From contig JAHPZA010000006.1 in NCBI GenBank assembly GCA_019058445.1, forward strand, positions 608,001 to 672,000: DNA of 64,000 nt. The letters are read 5' to 3'. Shown in pieces: positions 28,347-38,789 of the stretch. The DNA comes from Promethearchaeota archaeon (GTDB taxonomy: Archaea > Asgardarchaeota > Lokiarchaeia > Sigyniarchaeales > SOKP01). The notes under the pieces are model-generated. The model did not search any database. It was given only the letters and a program-made list of their open reading frames with translations, and was not told the DNA's origin. Every line of letters begins with the position of its first letter. The first letter of the stretch is position 1. The translations under genes and the position numbers were made by a program.

Positions 28347-30362
28347 TTATTTTAGGGGCACCGTTAAGGTTTCCATATGATACAAATCTTCAACCACAAA
28401 ATCCAAATCAAGCCTATTAAGGGTTTCTATTAACGGATAGCTATTCTCAGGATTCCATCCATATTCTTTGCATACTTTTTTGTAAAAATCTTGATAATAT
28501 ATTATAATTCCTTTTGTAGGACCACGAGTAAAGGGAGGATTCCCAAAAATTCGCCCGTTTAGCCTATTCTCTGCAATATTAACTCCTTCTCTTAGGGTGA
28601 ATGTTTGCCTTAAAGTTTGAATTCTTAATCCAGTTTCTTCAATTTCCTCTAGAGTGATCTTCCACCCTGTAAGAGCGTTAATAAGTTCTCTAATAGGATA
28701 TTGCCCAAAATAGTTCGACATCATGCATAATCCTGCGCAATTAACATATTGACATATTCCATTTACGATTTTTTGTGCTTGGACTTTTTTTTTATCATCT
28801 TTTTGCCAATTCTTAGGGAATTTCAAGCCTTTTAAGAACACATCAGGGCTTCTCATACCTGCTGCCATGTCAACACTTGCTGCTGTATGTCTTCCCGGTG
28901 TTGGATCAAAAGCATATGAATACCCTAATGAAGCAAAGTGAAGCGGACTATGCATTCCTATTTCCTGCCCTAAAGAATGAATCGAATATTTTTCACTCCC
29001 TTTACCAATTTTCTCGGCGGCTATTTTACTTCCATCAGCAAGAATATCGCCAATCCCCTCTCGCTTAATAATTTTCTTAACTAATTTCACTATTGCTTTA
29101 GAATTTCCCCAAGTCAACTCTAAACCATCTGTATCATTTAAAGTTAAAATACCATTTTCATAACATTCGATTGCGAAGGCAACTGTTCCACCCACGGAAA
29201 TTGTATCAATTGCTGCGCGATTACATAACTCATTAATTTGGAATATGGAAAGTAAATCATCATTTAAAAGCATCCCTCCGAAAGACGCGCACGTTTCATA
29301 TTCAGGGATGTGAGTTTCTTCTAAATCTACCTCTGGCACCTTCAATTTAGCTCCGCACTGAACAGGACATGTAAAACATCCGTAGTCTTTAATCTTATAT
29401 TTTTCAATTTCACTTGCGGAAATATTTTTACTTACACTATAAGGAAAATCATACATGCCAATTCCAGCCCAATTTTTAATTGGTGAATCACCAACTTCTG
29501 CCAATATCGTATTACCTGTAGAAGTACCATATCTCCTCCAGATTTCTCTCATTATTTCAGGAGACATTGAGGTATTCATCCGAAATCGCCTTATCATTTT
29601 TGCCATTTTAGGAGAGTTATTGATAAGCCATCTTCCAAAGAATCCCGGTTTTTTTCCTTCAGTTTCGCTATGATACGCCCTTACATTTTCCATAAAGTTA
29701 TCTCGATCATGATATTCTACTTTTCGATGTCCTTTTAAAACTAACATTTTGAGTTTTTTCGAACCCATCACTGCACCTAATCCAGACCTGGCAGCAATGC
29801 GCCCTTTATCATTTGCTATCCCTGAAATTAATGAAATCTGCTCACCTGCTTGCCCTATTCCAGCAGTTTTTATATATTTTCCGTGCTTTTTTTTCAGTCT
29901 GTTTTCCGCTTCAATAATATCTAAACCCCATATCTCTGATGCGTCTAAAATCTCCAAAGTTTCATCGATAATCAGAATATATTTCGGTGTATTAGCCTTT
30001 CCTTTAATGAAAATAGCATCATATCCGCATTTTTTTATCTCTGGTCCAAAAGTCCCTCCTGAGTTTGAATCTCCCCAAGTTCCCGTTAAGGGGGATTTAC
30101 CCGCAACCATATATCTTCCTGAAAAAGGTGCAGGTGTGCCCGTTAATAAACCGGGAAAGAATCCAAATATTGATTCAGGCCCAAGTGGATCATATTCTGA
30201 TTTAGTATTATCATAAATAATTTTACATGCTAAACCGTATCCACCTAAAAATTGTCGATAGATTTGATCTGGAATTTTCTCTTCTTTAAAAGATTCATTA
30301 AATAAATCAACCCATAAAATTTTACCATAAAAACCTTTATTCATCTTTATAATCACATCCAA
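28347..30362 (-). CDS. aor: Tungsten aldehyde:ferredoxin oxidoreductase family
   Basis: KSPLTG, GLGAVMGSKKLK, GCFTCPVQC, PEYET, GLCMM. Confidence 0.92.
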   Translation of the reverse strand: MDVIIKMNKGFYGKILWVDLFNESFKEEKIPDQIYRQFLGGYGLACKIIYDNTKSEYDPLGPESIFGFFPGLLTGTPAPFSGRYMVAGKSPLTGTWGDSNSGGTFGPEIKKCGYDAIFIKGKANTPKYILIIDETLEILDASEIWGLDIIEAENRLKKKHGKYIKTAGIGQAGEQISLISGIANDKGRIAARSGLGAVMGSKKLKMLVLKGHRKVEYHDRDNFMENVRAYHSETEGKKPGFFGRWLINNSPKMAKMIRRFRMNTSMSPEIMREIWRRYGTSTGNTILAEVGDSPIKNWAGIGMYDFPYSVSKNISASEIEKYKIKDYGCFTCPVQCGAKLKVPEVDLEETHIPEYETCASFGGMLLNDDLLSIFQINELCNRAAIDTISVGGTVAFAIECYENGILTLNDTDGLELTWGNSKAIVKLVKKIIKREGIGDILADGSKIAAEKIGKGSEKYSIHSLGQEIGMHSPLHFASLGYSYAFDPTPGRHTAASVDMAAGMRSPDVFLKGLKFPKNWQKDDKKKVQAQKIVNGICQYVNCAGLCMMSNYFGQYPIRELINALTGWKITLEEIEETGLRIQTLRQTFTLREGVNIAENRLNGRIFGNPPFTRGPTKGIIIYYQDFYKKVCKEYGWNPENSYPLIETLNRLDLDFVVEDLYHMETLTVPLK

Positions 30363-30426
30363 TGTTAATTAATTTTTAAAATATTTTTACCCAACTCAAT
30401 TCTTAAGATGGGGAAAAAAAATTTGT

Positions 30427-30447
30427 TAGGTACGAAAATGTAACCTA
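30427..30447. promoter_or_regulatory. Imperfect inverted repeat TAGGTAC-GAAAAT-GTAACCTA, candidate HxlR operator
   Basis: Lies between divergent aor and HxlR-family genes, next to TTTAAATA. Confidence 0.5.
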
Positions 30448-30585
30448 TCTTTAAATAAGAAAATTAATTTATACTATTTAAAACAAGAAGAGAAATAATA
30501 CTCATTAATAGAGTCATACTACATTAACAGAGTTTGACTACACTTACTTTTAAATTAAAAAAAATAGGCATAAAGCTGATATCTT

Positions 30586-31125
30586 ATGATAAAGATGGAT
30601 AATGGAAAAAATGGGAAATATGGAGCTCATGACAATTATCGGGAATTAATAGAATTAATTCCCACCATCCAAAATGCTGTCTTGAAAGGATTAACTCGTG
30701 ATTTAAAAACCCACGTATATGATGCAAAAAGGATTAGAATAAAGGCAACAATGTACAAACAGGTATTTCGATTAATTCAAAATAAATGGTCTCTTGAAAT
30801 TTATTACACGATTGTAATGTATAAAAATTGTGGATATAACGATCTCAAAAGAGCATTACCTGGTCTGAATTCAAGAACCTTGACGGATAAACTGCAATAT
30901 TTAGAAAAAGAACATATTATTTCGCGAACTATTAAGAATGAACGTCCTATTAGAGTAAATTATGCTGTAACTCAACGTGGTAAAAGAATGTTCCTTCTCT
31001 TGGTTCCATTTATGGTTTATAGCATACTACCTCCAAGTATTATAAAACAATTACCAGATATTAATTCAATAGAACAGGATGTTGATTCATTAATATCTCA
31101 AGAAATTGAGGAAATTCAATATTAA
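30586..31125 (+). CDS. HxlR-family winged-HTH regulator
   Basis: NKWSLEI, GYNDLKRALPGLNSRTLTDKL, RPIRVNYAVTQRG. Confidence 0.88.
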   Translation: MIKMDNGKNGKYGAHDNYRELIELIPTIQNAVLKGLTRDLKTHVYDAKRIRIKATMYKQVFRLIQNKWSLEIYYTIVMYKNCGYNDLKRALPGLNSRTLTDKLQYLEKEHIISRTIKNERPIRVNYAVTQRGKRMFLLLVPFMVYSILPPSIIKQLPDINSIEQDVDSLISQEIEEIQY

Positions 31126-31150
31126 AAAATAAAAAAGGGCATTTAAATCC

Positions 31151-31729
31151 TCACAGTCGATTCCGTGGTTTTGGAGGACAATAAAATACAGATGGATTTG
31201 TTCCAGCTTCGGGTATAAGCTGGAATCCCTCCCGAGATGCGATTTTTTGTGAAACTACACTATCAGGGTCATTCAGATCCCCAAAATAGATTGCTTGACC
31301 CTCGCAGCAGATCACACAGAAAGGTTGAATCCCTTTATCTATTCTGTGAACACAAAGATTACACTTTTCTATTGTATTCTTGTCTTGATTATATAGGATA
31401 ACATTATAAGGACAAGCTGCTATACATGCTTGACATCCATCACAGTTCTCTTCTATATAAATAACGGGGCCATCTTCTCGTTTAACCAATGCTTCATTGG
31501 GACAAGCTGCTACACAAGGGGGGTTAGAACAATGATTACAAAGACGTGGCAACCATTCAAATCTTACATCGGGATATTGTCCTGATGGCGTGTCTTTTTG
31601 GGAAACATTTCGAGTCTCAACTTGAATCCAGTGTCCTATTGAGTTATTCTCAATTTTACAAGCGACAGTACAAGCGTCACATCCTATACATCGTTCCTGG
31701 TCAATAACTAAACCTAATCTTTTGCTCAT
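31151..31729 (-). CDS. Four-cluster Fe-S subunit (DmsB/NrfC-like)
   Basis: CIGCDACTVAC, CNHCSNPPCVAACP, CDGCQACIAACP, CNLC..PFCVICC. Confidence 0.93.
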   Translation of the reverse strand: MSKRLGLVIDQERCIGCDACTVACKIENNSIGHWIQVETRNVSQKDTPSGQYPDVRFEWLPRLCNHCSNPPCVAACPNEALVKREDGPVIYIEENCDGCQACIAACPYNVILYNQDKNTIEKCNLCVHRIDKGIQPFCVICCEGQAIYFGDLNDPDSVVSQKIASREGFQLIPEAGTNPSVFYCPPKPRNRL

Positions 31730-33993
31730 TACTCTCCCTCCTTATATTTAATAACTTCCACTGCTACATCATTCATATGCATGTTTGGCTCATATATTTT
31801 ATTTTGAACTGGATTGATTATATCATGTGTAAGATGGTTAACACTGCCCTCTTTAAATTGATCAATCCACCAACCTTCGGTAATATTAACAACTCCTGGT
31901 CCTACGGATTCACTTATTCTTGCTTTGAGCGTGGTTCGGGCTCTATCATTAAAAACAGTCACTATATCATCATCGGAAATATCTCTTGCCTCCGCATCTA
32001 TCGAATTGATTTCAACGATAGGTTCAGGATTTAATTTAAGTAAAGACTTTATATTAGAAAACATCGAATGAGTGCGGAAACGGCTGTGACCTTGGATGAA
32101 TGTTAAAGGATATTTTTTGTCTCCGGGAGTAATAGGGGCTTCTATAGGTGGTAAATAGACCGGAAGTGCTTGCCCGTCCTCTACAAGTTGCTCGGCATAA
32201 AGCTCAATTTTTCTCGAAGGTGTTCTAAAATTTAAAGGAAAATTTCCTCCCTCAGGAAGTGCTCTTAAGAGCATAGCACCTTTACCTAAAGTTTCTCGAT
32301 TATATCCTTCTAATGAAGAATGATTAGTTATCATGTCAATCATTGCTTCTTCTCCACCTTTAAAGTAATCTCCATATCCCAGTTTTTCAGCCAGCCCGGC
32401 GACAATATTTACATCAGATTTAGATTCATATAGCGGCTCAATTACTTTTTGTTGGAGTTGTACATAGGGATAAGGATGGGAGACAAAATCAGAAAATTCT
32501 AAGAAGCTACATACTGGCAATACAAGATCCGCATAACGAGCGGAGGGTGTCATAAACAATTCTGTTTGTACAATAAACTCTAATTTTGGATAAAACTCGT
32601 TTATAATCTTGTTATGGTCAACGCATTGGTTTAAAAAATTGATAAAAGAAAACCATAGAGCCTTTATAGGATATGGCTTACCGGAAATTACGGCTTCATA
32701 TAAGTTTAATATACCGAGCCTATGAAAACTTGGTTTGTCTGGAACTGCTTTAAGAAATGGATCCCAGTTCAGTACTGCTGGCAGATAACCCGAGCTAAAA
32801 GAAGTTGCCACATGACCGGTTACGCTTGCAACAGAGCATAACCCTCTTAAGGAGATGTCTCCGTGATACGTTCGAGTAAAACCCATATATGTAAAAAATG
32901 TAACATTATGAGTAGTTCCTAACTTTTTTGCTAATTTAATTATAAGATTAGCATCAACACCGGTTATTTCTGCTGCTTTTTCCGGAGGATATTCATGAGT
33001 TAATTCTTTTAAAAGTTGAAAGGCAGGTTTACATTCAATTCCATTTACATCATAAGTTCCTGTGATACTTGCAGATTGTACATTTTTTTTCCGAAGTGGT
33101 TTAGGAGAATTTGAAGTTTCCTCCCAAATAATATATGAATTGGCTTTTTTATCTCCAATATCTTTACCTCGGAGAAGTTTACCTGTATCACTTCTTACCA
33201 AAAAAGGACCATTGGTATGTTCCCGAATAAACTCTATGTTGTAGAACTTATTTTGAAAAATTACATTCATTAATCCCAACGCTAAAGCGCTATCTGTACC
33301 AGGTTTTAATCCCAGAAACTCATCAGCTTTAGAAGCTGTCACAGTAAAGCGTGTGTCAACAACTACTACTTGCGTACCGGCTTCTTTTGCGTCCATTATT
33401 TTTCTCATAGTCTGAAGAGGCATAGATTCTCCTGGGTTTGCGCCCCACACAACTAGCAATTCAGGCCAATTCCTCTGCCAAAACTTCCCAAAAAGATACA
33501 TATACGGAAATTGACTACCAAAAATAACTCGACTCCCGCATGGCAACCCCGCATCCCCATAACCCCAAGCACTTACTCGAGTACTCTGAGTTAGACTTGC
33601 TATTCTAAGGTATGCTCCAAATTTAGTTGTACCTGCGCCTGGACCACCTAATACCCACCCGATAGATCTCCATCCAAATTTATCTGCAATACTTCTAAAG
33701 TTTTCAACAATAATATCGTAAGCTTCGTCCCAGGAAATTCGTTCAAATTTTGCTTGACCTCTCTCTCCCACACGCTTCATAGGATATTTTAAACGATCAG
33801 AATGATATGTGATATCCAAACTAGAAAGCCCTCTAAGACATATTCTCCGATCTATTTTATTCGGAAACTCCGCAGGTTCTAATTTTATGATACGATCTCC
33901 TTGGAGATGAGCTAAAATACCACAAGCATCAATACCACAATGTGCTGGACAGGCAGTTCTTATTTTCCTTATCTCATTATTATTTACTGACAT
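31729..33993 (-). CDS. Molybdopterin (bis-MGD) oxidoreductase catalytic subunit, DMSO reductase family
   Basis: CPAHCGIDAC..ICLRG, RLKYPMKR, WGANP, PGTDSAL, ADLVLP, RTHSMF; no Tat leader. Confidence 0.92.
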   Translation of the reverse strand: MSVNNNEIRKIRTACPAHCGIDACGILAHLQGDRIIKLEPAEFPNKIDRRICLRGLSSLDITYHSDRLKYPMKRVGERGQAKFERISWDEAYDIIVENFRSIADKFGWRSIGWVLGGPGAGTTKFGAYLRIASLTQSTRVSAWGYGDAGLPCGSRVIFGSQFPYMYLFGKFWQRNWPELLVVWGANPGESMPLQTMRKIMDAKEAGTQVVVVDTRFTVTASKADEFLGLKPGTDSALALGLMNVIFQNKFYNIEFIREHTNGPFLVRSDTGKLLRGKDIGDKKANSYIIWEETSNSPKPLRKKNVQSASITGTYDVNGIECKPAFQLLKELTHEYPPEKAAEITGVDANLIIKLAKKLGTTHNVTFFTYMGFTRTYHGDISLRGLCSVASVTGHVATSFSSGYLPAVLNWDPFLKAVPDKPSFHRLGILNLYEAVISGKPYPIKALWFSFINFLNQCVDHNKIINEFYPKLEFIVQTELFMTPSARYADLVLPVCSFLEFSDFVSHPYPYVQLQQKVIEPLYESKSDVNIVAGLAEKLGYGDYFKGGEEAMIDMITNHSSLEGYNRETLGKGAMLLRALPEGGNFPLNFRTPSRKIELYAEQLVEDGQALPVYLPPIEAPITPGDKKYPLTFIQGHSRFRTHSMFSNIKSLLKLNPEPIVEINSIDAEARDISDDDIVTVFNDRARTTLKARISESVGPGVVNITEGWWIDQFKEGSVNHLTHDIINPVQNKIYEPNMHMNDVAVEVIKYKEGE

Positions 33994-34149
33994 GATAAAA
34001 GACTATGCTCCTTATTCTAATTCTAATAATCATAATATAATATTCAAATATTTTTTATATATCAAATTTTAATTTAATATTTTTATAATATATTTTTTCT
34101 TTTGAGAAAATTTATAACTAAGTTAAATAATTCTTGATATGATTATATT

Positions 34150-34320
34150 ATGGCTGAAGATGAAGAATTTAATAATGAAGAAGAAACTGATAGTGAAGAT
34201 GTGAAAAAAGAGAAAGAACAACTGGAGAGTTTAGGTGTTTCTAGTACATGGAATGTCTTGACTGACTCTAAAAAAGAGAAGAAAGAAGAAAAAAAGCCCG
34301 AATTTCGAGGATTCAATTAG
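34150..34320 (+). CDS. 56-aa charged small protein (not in ORF track)
   Basis: MAEDEEFNNEEETDSEDVKKEKEQLESLGVSSTWNVLTDSKKEKKEEKKPEFRGFN; purine-rich coding-like composition. Confidence 0.55.
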   Translation: MAEDEEFNNEEETDSEDVKKEKEQLESLGVSSTWNVLTDSKKEKKEEKKPEFRGFN

Positions 34321-34324
34321 TGAA

Positions 34325-35164
34325 TTACGTCTTTAAGATTACATTTAAAAGTATTGGAAAATTTTTTTCGGCTCCATGGATTAGAAATAATCTATTTTTA
34401 ATAGGAATTACTGCTTCATTCCCAGCCAAAATCCATTCTCTTTGGATTTCTTCCTTTATATAGACTTTAGCACCTACATATCCATCAAATGTCGCATCTT
34501 CTATCTTTAAATCTATAAAACCTGGAATATCATGATTCCTAATTTCATATTCAGTTTTGCTTTTGTATGTTGCTAAGGCAGCTTTTATCAAGTTTTCATC
34601 AGTTTCAATATTTCGGTCATACTCAAAAATTATAAGTCCACAATCATTAGTAGGAAATCCTTTAGCAGCTACTAATTCATAATCAAAAATAGTTCTACTA
34701 AGCGATTCAGAACGTTCAATGACTTCCGATTTAATCCCCCATTTACGCTCAATAAGTGGTTTTAAATATTTTATAAAACCAGGATGAACATTTTCTAAAA
34801 TTATTTCTTTTTTCTCTTGAAATATTTTTTCAAGATTATCCCCTATGAAAATATAAGAGTCTTTAAGTTGCTTCAATTCGGTTTCATTCTTGTGGATGAT
34901 TTTATCTAACATTTTAATCGGTGAATTTGCGACATAGTGCGTTCTTTTAGGTTTTTTCTTGACTTCAATACCCTCTACCCAACCTTTTCCAATTAACCTA
35001 TCCAGAATTCCATATATGGTTGTGCGACCTATTTCTAGATTATCCTTTAACCTTCCGACCATATCACCATTCGAACCCTTCTCTAATAACGCTAGATATA
35101 CTCTTGCTTCTTCTGGAGTTAAACCAAACTGTATGAGTTTTTGAATGTATTCTTCATTAACCAA
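34325..35164 (-). CDS. TrmB-family winged-HTH regulator
   Basis: FGLTPEEARVYLALL..GRTTIYGILDRLIGKGWV. Confidence 0.85.
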   Translation of the reverse strand: MVNEEYIQKLIQFGLTPEEARVYLALLEKGSNGDMVGRLKDNLEIGRTTIYGILDRLIGKGWVEGIEVKKKPKRTHYVANSPIKMLDKIIHKNETELKQLKDSYIFIGDNLEKIFQEKKEIILENVHPGFIKYLKPLIERKWGIKSEVIERSESLSRTIFDYELVAAKGFPTNDCGLIIFEYDRNIETDENLIKAALATYKSKTEYEIRNHDIPGFIDLKIEDATFDGYVGAKVYIKEEIQREWILAGNEAVIPIKNRLFLIHGAEKNFPILLNVILKT

Positions 35165-35228
35165 TTAAATCACGTTGATTTAGGAGTAAAGTCTGTTAAA
35201 CACTTATAATTTTGAAAAATATATAAAT

Positions 35229-35250
35229 GTTGTCACTAGGTGACGACAAC
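35229..35250. promoter_or_regulatory. Inverted repeat GTTGTCACTAGGTGACGACAAC, candidate TrmB operator
   Basis: GTCAC-TAG-GTGAC core with outer GTTGTC/GACAAC, between divergent TrmB and methyltransferase genes next to TATAAA. Confidence 0.55.
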
Positions 35251-35318
35251 TTCAATATATTTAAATATAAACAAAATTTTTCTCTAAATAGTAAAAACTA
35301 ACTTAAAGAAGTGAAAAT

Positions 35319-35999
35319 ATGTCTAAAAGCAAAAAAAGAATTCCTGAAGGAGAGGCAATTTTAGATATGCCTGAATTAACCATGGAAGAGCTAAATGAGA
35401 GCTTTAGAAAACGAATGTGGGAATACAAACAGTTTGTGAAGTTCCTTATAAAGGGAGTAGGAATTAAGGATTATTCTAAAATATTAGAAATCGGTCCGGG
35501 ACCAGGATGGATTACAATTCTTTTAGCAAAGGCAAATCCCACATTAAAAATAACCGGTTTGGAAATATCTGAAGATATGATCAGGGTAGCAAATGAAAAC
35601 AAAGAAAATGAGGGAATATCTGATCAAATTGAATTCATTCTTGGAGATGCAAAGAATATGAGTGAAATAAAAGATAAAACTTTTGATGCAGTGATCTCTC
35701 ATGATAGTTTACATCACTGGGAAGATCCCATTAGAGTTTTTAATGAAATTCAAAGGGTGTTAAAAGAAAATGGTGTGTTTTGTATTAAAGATGGGCGAAG
35801 AGATATTGGTTTACCCGCTAAATTTATATTTAATATAGCAAAGCTTTTCATTTCTAAAACCATGAGCTATTATTGGAAAACGTCAATAATGGCCGGATAT
35901 ACTCCTGAAGAATTAAACCAAATATTAAATCAGACCAAATTGAAAAATAGATATGAATTAAAAACCGATTTATTTGATTTAATAATTCATAATAAATAA
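35319..35999 (+). CDS. Class I SAM-dependent methyltransferase
   Basis: LEIGPGPG, GDA, SLHHW, RVLKENG. Confidence 0.9.
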   Translation: MSKSKKRIPEGEAILDMPELTMEELNESFRKRMWEYKQFVKFLIKGVGIKDYSKILEIGPGPGWITILLAKANPTLKITGLEISEDMIRVANENKENEGISDQIEFILGDAKNMSEIKDKTFDAVISHDSLHHWEDPIRVFNEIQRVLKENGVFCIKDGRRDIGLPAKFIFNIAKLFISKTMSYYWKTSIMAGYTPEELNQILNQTKLKNRYELKTDLFDLIIHNK

Positions 36000-36052
36000 G
36001 AAAAAATAAAAAATTAAAAAACTCTTTTTTATGCTAATTTATTACTAGTTTA

Positions 36053-36763
36053 TTATTCTTCCTTTAGGAATCTCCTTTTAATCATTTCCGGCATCATAAA
36101 ACCGATATAAAACATAATCGCGCTTATGACTAATATCACGCGAAAAGGTGGAAAAGACAAAACTGTTTCTAAAGCCGCTCCTATCAGATATATCAGAAAT
36201 GCTAAGAGTAAGAATTTTCCCTTTAATTTAATCTCGGGTTTCTCTGATTGTAATGATCTATAAGCAAAATAAAAACCAGATATGATAAATATCACCAAAT
36301 CCAATAGAAGATAAATAATTAAAAATACTCCTAAATCGATATTAACTGGGTCTACAAGCACTCCTAAGACAGAAATATCTGAAAATAGGAAATATAGGAT
36401 TAATACCTCGAAAATTAGAGCATAGATAATATATGCACTAATTAGGGGTTTGAAATTCTTGATTCTAGTGAGGTCGTTTAATGCCACAAACCATACAGTT
36501 AGCGTTAATGAAATAAATGAAAATGTAATTAAAATATACCAAAAGATTGATAATCCGACACCATTAAATAAATAGACTAAGAAACTAATCGACGATCCCC
36601 ACCAGGGTTTACTCATCACTATCCACGTTATTCCTACTAGAATAAGAGTTTTTTGTTTGAATTCTCTATATTTTAACGCAATTTTTAAGCCTATTATTAC
36701 CGAAAAAATTACAAAAAGAAGGCTAAAAAGACCATTTATCACAATAGTAGTATCAATTACCAT
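36053..36763 (-). CDS. Polytopic (about 7 TM) membrane protein
   Basis: Hydrophobic segments; similar layout to 60064..60840. Confidence 0.75.
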   Translation of the reverse strand: MVIDTTIVINGLFSLLFVIFSVIIGLKIALKYREFKQKTLILVGITWIVMSKPWWGSSISFLVYLFNGVGLSIFWYILITFSFISLTLTVWFVALNDLTRIKNFKPLISAYIIYALIFEVLILYFLFSDISVLGVLVDPVNIDLGVFLIIYLLLDLVIFIISGFYFAYRSLQSEKPEIKLKGKFLLLAFLIYLIGAALETVLSFPPFRVILVISAIMFYIGFMMPEMIKRRFLKEE

Positions 36764-36893
36764 GTTAGCTTATGCCTAAGAGTTTAATGTTTTTTACAAA
36801 TACCATGTTTTATTTGTATTTAAACCTATCTTGAACGAAAACGGCTTAAAAAATAAATTTAAAAGTATTAAATAAAGATAATTTAAAAAAAAC

Positions 36894-37451
36894 TCAATAT
36901 TCAAGAGAAAATGTATTTTTAATCCAATCTTCAATATCCTTATTTGAATTGCTTCGGGGTTGTGCACCTTTATAAATATTAATTTGTCGCTCTTCTTCCA
37001 TTTTCTTGGAAAGATCCCGAATTTCTGTTATATTCCCATTTTCAACTTGAATCTCAACCACCGTTCCAAAAGCCATTGGCCGCTGAAATCCCATATGGAC
37101 ATACATTTGCTGGATGAAATCTTTTGCTAACAATACTGTTCCTGTGAATTCTGCTTTCAGATTTAAATTTTGATAGCAATAGTCAAATATAGAATTACCC
37201 GTCTCTTTAGCCGTTATAGGTTCGACTCCATTAATCTCAGGAGGTTTTTTCGCATTTACTAACATTCCATCTAAGATTAAACGGTCGTTTGTAAATTTAT
37301 ATTTCATCACATACCCCCGCCAGCATGCTGTACATCTAAAATAAGATTGTATATCAAAATCTTCAGGAATGGGCAACTTACCACCCTTAAGACCCACAAG
37401 GGAAAATTTATCTCCATTATATAAAAATTCATCTGGGATTTGTGCTGTCGT
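36894..37451 (-). CDS. Hypothetical protein with probable ACG start
   Basis: Frame open upstream of the called GTG: GGAGG-TTTTTATC-ACG ACA GCA CAA ATC CCA GAT; TACWRGY motif. Confidence 0.7.
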   Translation of the reverse strand, partial: TTAQIPDEFLYNGDKFSLVGLKGGKLPIPEDFDIQSYFRCTACWRGYVMKYKFTNDRLILDGMLVNAKKPPEINGVEPITAKETGNSIFDYCYQNLNLKAEFTGTVLLAKDFIQQMYVHMGFQRPMAFGTVVEIQVENGNITEIRDLSKKMEEERQINIYKGAQPRSNSNKDIEDWIKNTFSLEY

Positions 37452-37466
37452 GATAAAAACCTCCCT

Positions 37467-38789
37467 CTAATATAGTTTTAAAATAATATCCATTATGTTT
37501 TGAAATTTCTCTTCTGAACCCCATATTACATATATTACGTTATCGATTGGTATTGCAACTTCTTTTATGGCAACAACCCAATCATGACCAATGTTATTTG
37601 CTATTTTACTACCCTCTTCAAACTTGAGAAGTATTGATGCTCCTAGATATTCTTGGACTTTAGTATATTCGATTTTCATCTCTTCAAAACCAGGGATGAC
37701 ACCCTCATTTTTTAATTTTTCAATCTGTTCTTCAATTTTATTATATACTAGATCTAGTTTATCACGAACTCGCAACTCATCAATTATATCTTTATCATAT
37801 TCGAAGAATATAATTCCGAAATCTTTTTCAAGCCCCATTATACCTAAAACATCAATGTCAAAGACTTCCCTACCCAAAGATCGAGAATCTTTATAACGTT
37901 CAGAGATATCTTCCCAGCCATTGCTAATGTATTCGTCTATTAACAGTCTGAAACTTTTAAGAATTTTTATCTCTTCTTCCTTTTCCTGAATTATTTTATT
38001 TACCAAGTCACCTATAGGCCTTGCTACATAAATTTGTGTACCTCTTGGAGTTTCTAAAACCTTCTCAACCCAATTTTTTTTCAAAAGCCGTTCTATTATT
38101 CTATATATTGTAGTTCTTTTTATAACTAATTCTTTATTCAAATTACCTACTGTTTCTCCTTTTTCTCCTTTATTAAGTAAGGTTAAGTAAACTCTTGCCT
38201 CATCCGGACTTAATCCAAATTTCTGCAATCCTAATGTCTGCAATATTTTGGAAGTATCAAATAAAAATTTAGTAGAAACCTCTTTGGTAAACGGATCTTC
38301 TTTACCTAATAAAACATCTGGGGCCATATAAGGTTCTTTTGTACTCATTAATCTTAATGTTCTTGAAGATAGAGTTATAACATCAATTAGCTGAACTAAT
38401 GTATCCCCTTCATCCAGAGAAATTTTACAAATTATCCCTCTTTCCTCATCTTTAAAACCAACTATAAAATCTTTTCGATTTGAAGAAAATGCAACTAGCT
38501 TGTCAAAGGTATTTTGTATAACTCTATAAATTATACCCATTATCTGAATTGTTTTTCCTTTCTCAGATTCCCATACAGAATTGATATTTTCTATATCTCC
38601 ACCAATATCCCAATTTAATGTAGAGTATATTAAATTGTATATTATTCTCTTCTTTTCTTCCTCTTCTCCCTTTTCTTCTTCAATTAATTCTATAATTGCT
38701 ACAGAATTTATATTTAAATCAGATTCCAGAAATGACTCTGCAATTTTTTCGTAGTTGGTCATATAGAGAGAAATTCTTTTACTTTTCAT
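37467..38789 (-). CDS. Asgard profilin-like domain fused to a TrmB-family HTH regulator
   Basis: N-term SVAIIE..IYSTLNWDI..IQIMGIIYRVIQNTFDKLVA..IVGFKDEERGII; then FGLSPDEARVYLTLL..RTTIYRIIERL; C-term paralogous to 34325..35164. Confidence 0.75.
   Translation of the reverse strand: MKSKRISLYMTNYEKIAESFLESDLNINSVAIIELIEEEKGEEEEKKRIIYNLIYSTLNWDIGGDIENINSVWESEKGKTIQIMGIIYRVIQNTFDKLVAFSSNRKDFIVGFKDEERGIICKISLDEGDTLVQLIDVITLSSRTLRLMSTKEPYMAPDVLLGKEDPFTKEVSTKFLFDTSKILQTLGLQKFGLSPDEARVYLTLLNKGEKGETVGNLNKELVIKRTTIYRIIERLLKKNWVEKVLETPRGTQIYVARPIGDLVNKIIQEKEEEIKILKSFRLLIDEYISNGWEDISERYKDSRSLGREVFDIDVLGIMGLEKDFGIIFFEYDKDIIDELRVRDKLDLVYNKIEEQIEKLKNEGVIPGFEEMKIEYTKVQEYLGASILLKFEEGSKIANNIGHDWVVAIKEVAIPIDNVIYVIWGSEEKFQNIMDIILKLY

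Noticed and set aside
36053-36763. 7-TM proteins (also 60064..60840) as rhodopsin or GPCR
   Set aside because: No retinal-binding Lys motif in the last helix or other diagnostic residues
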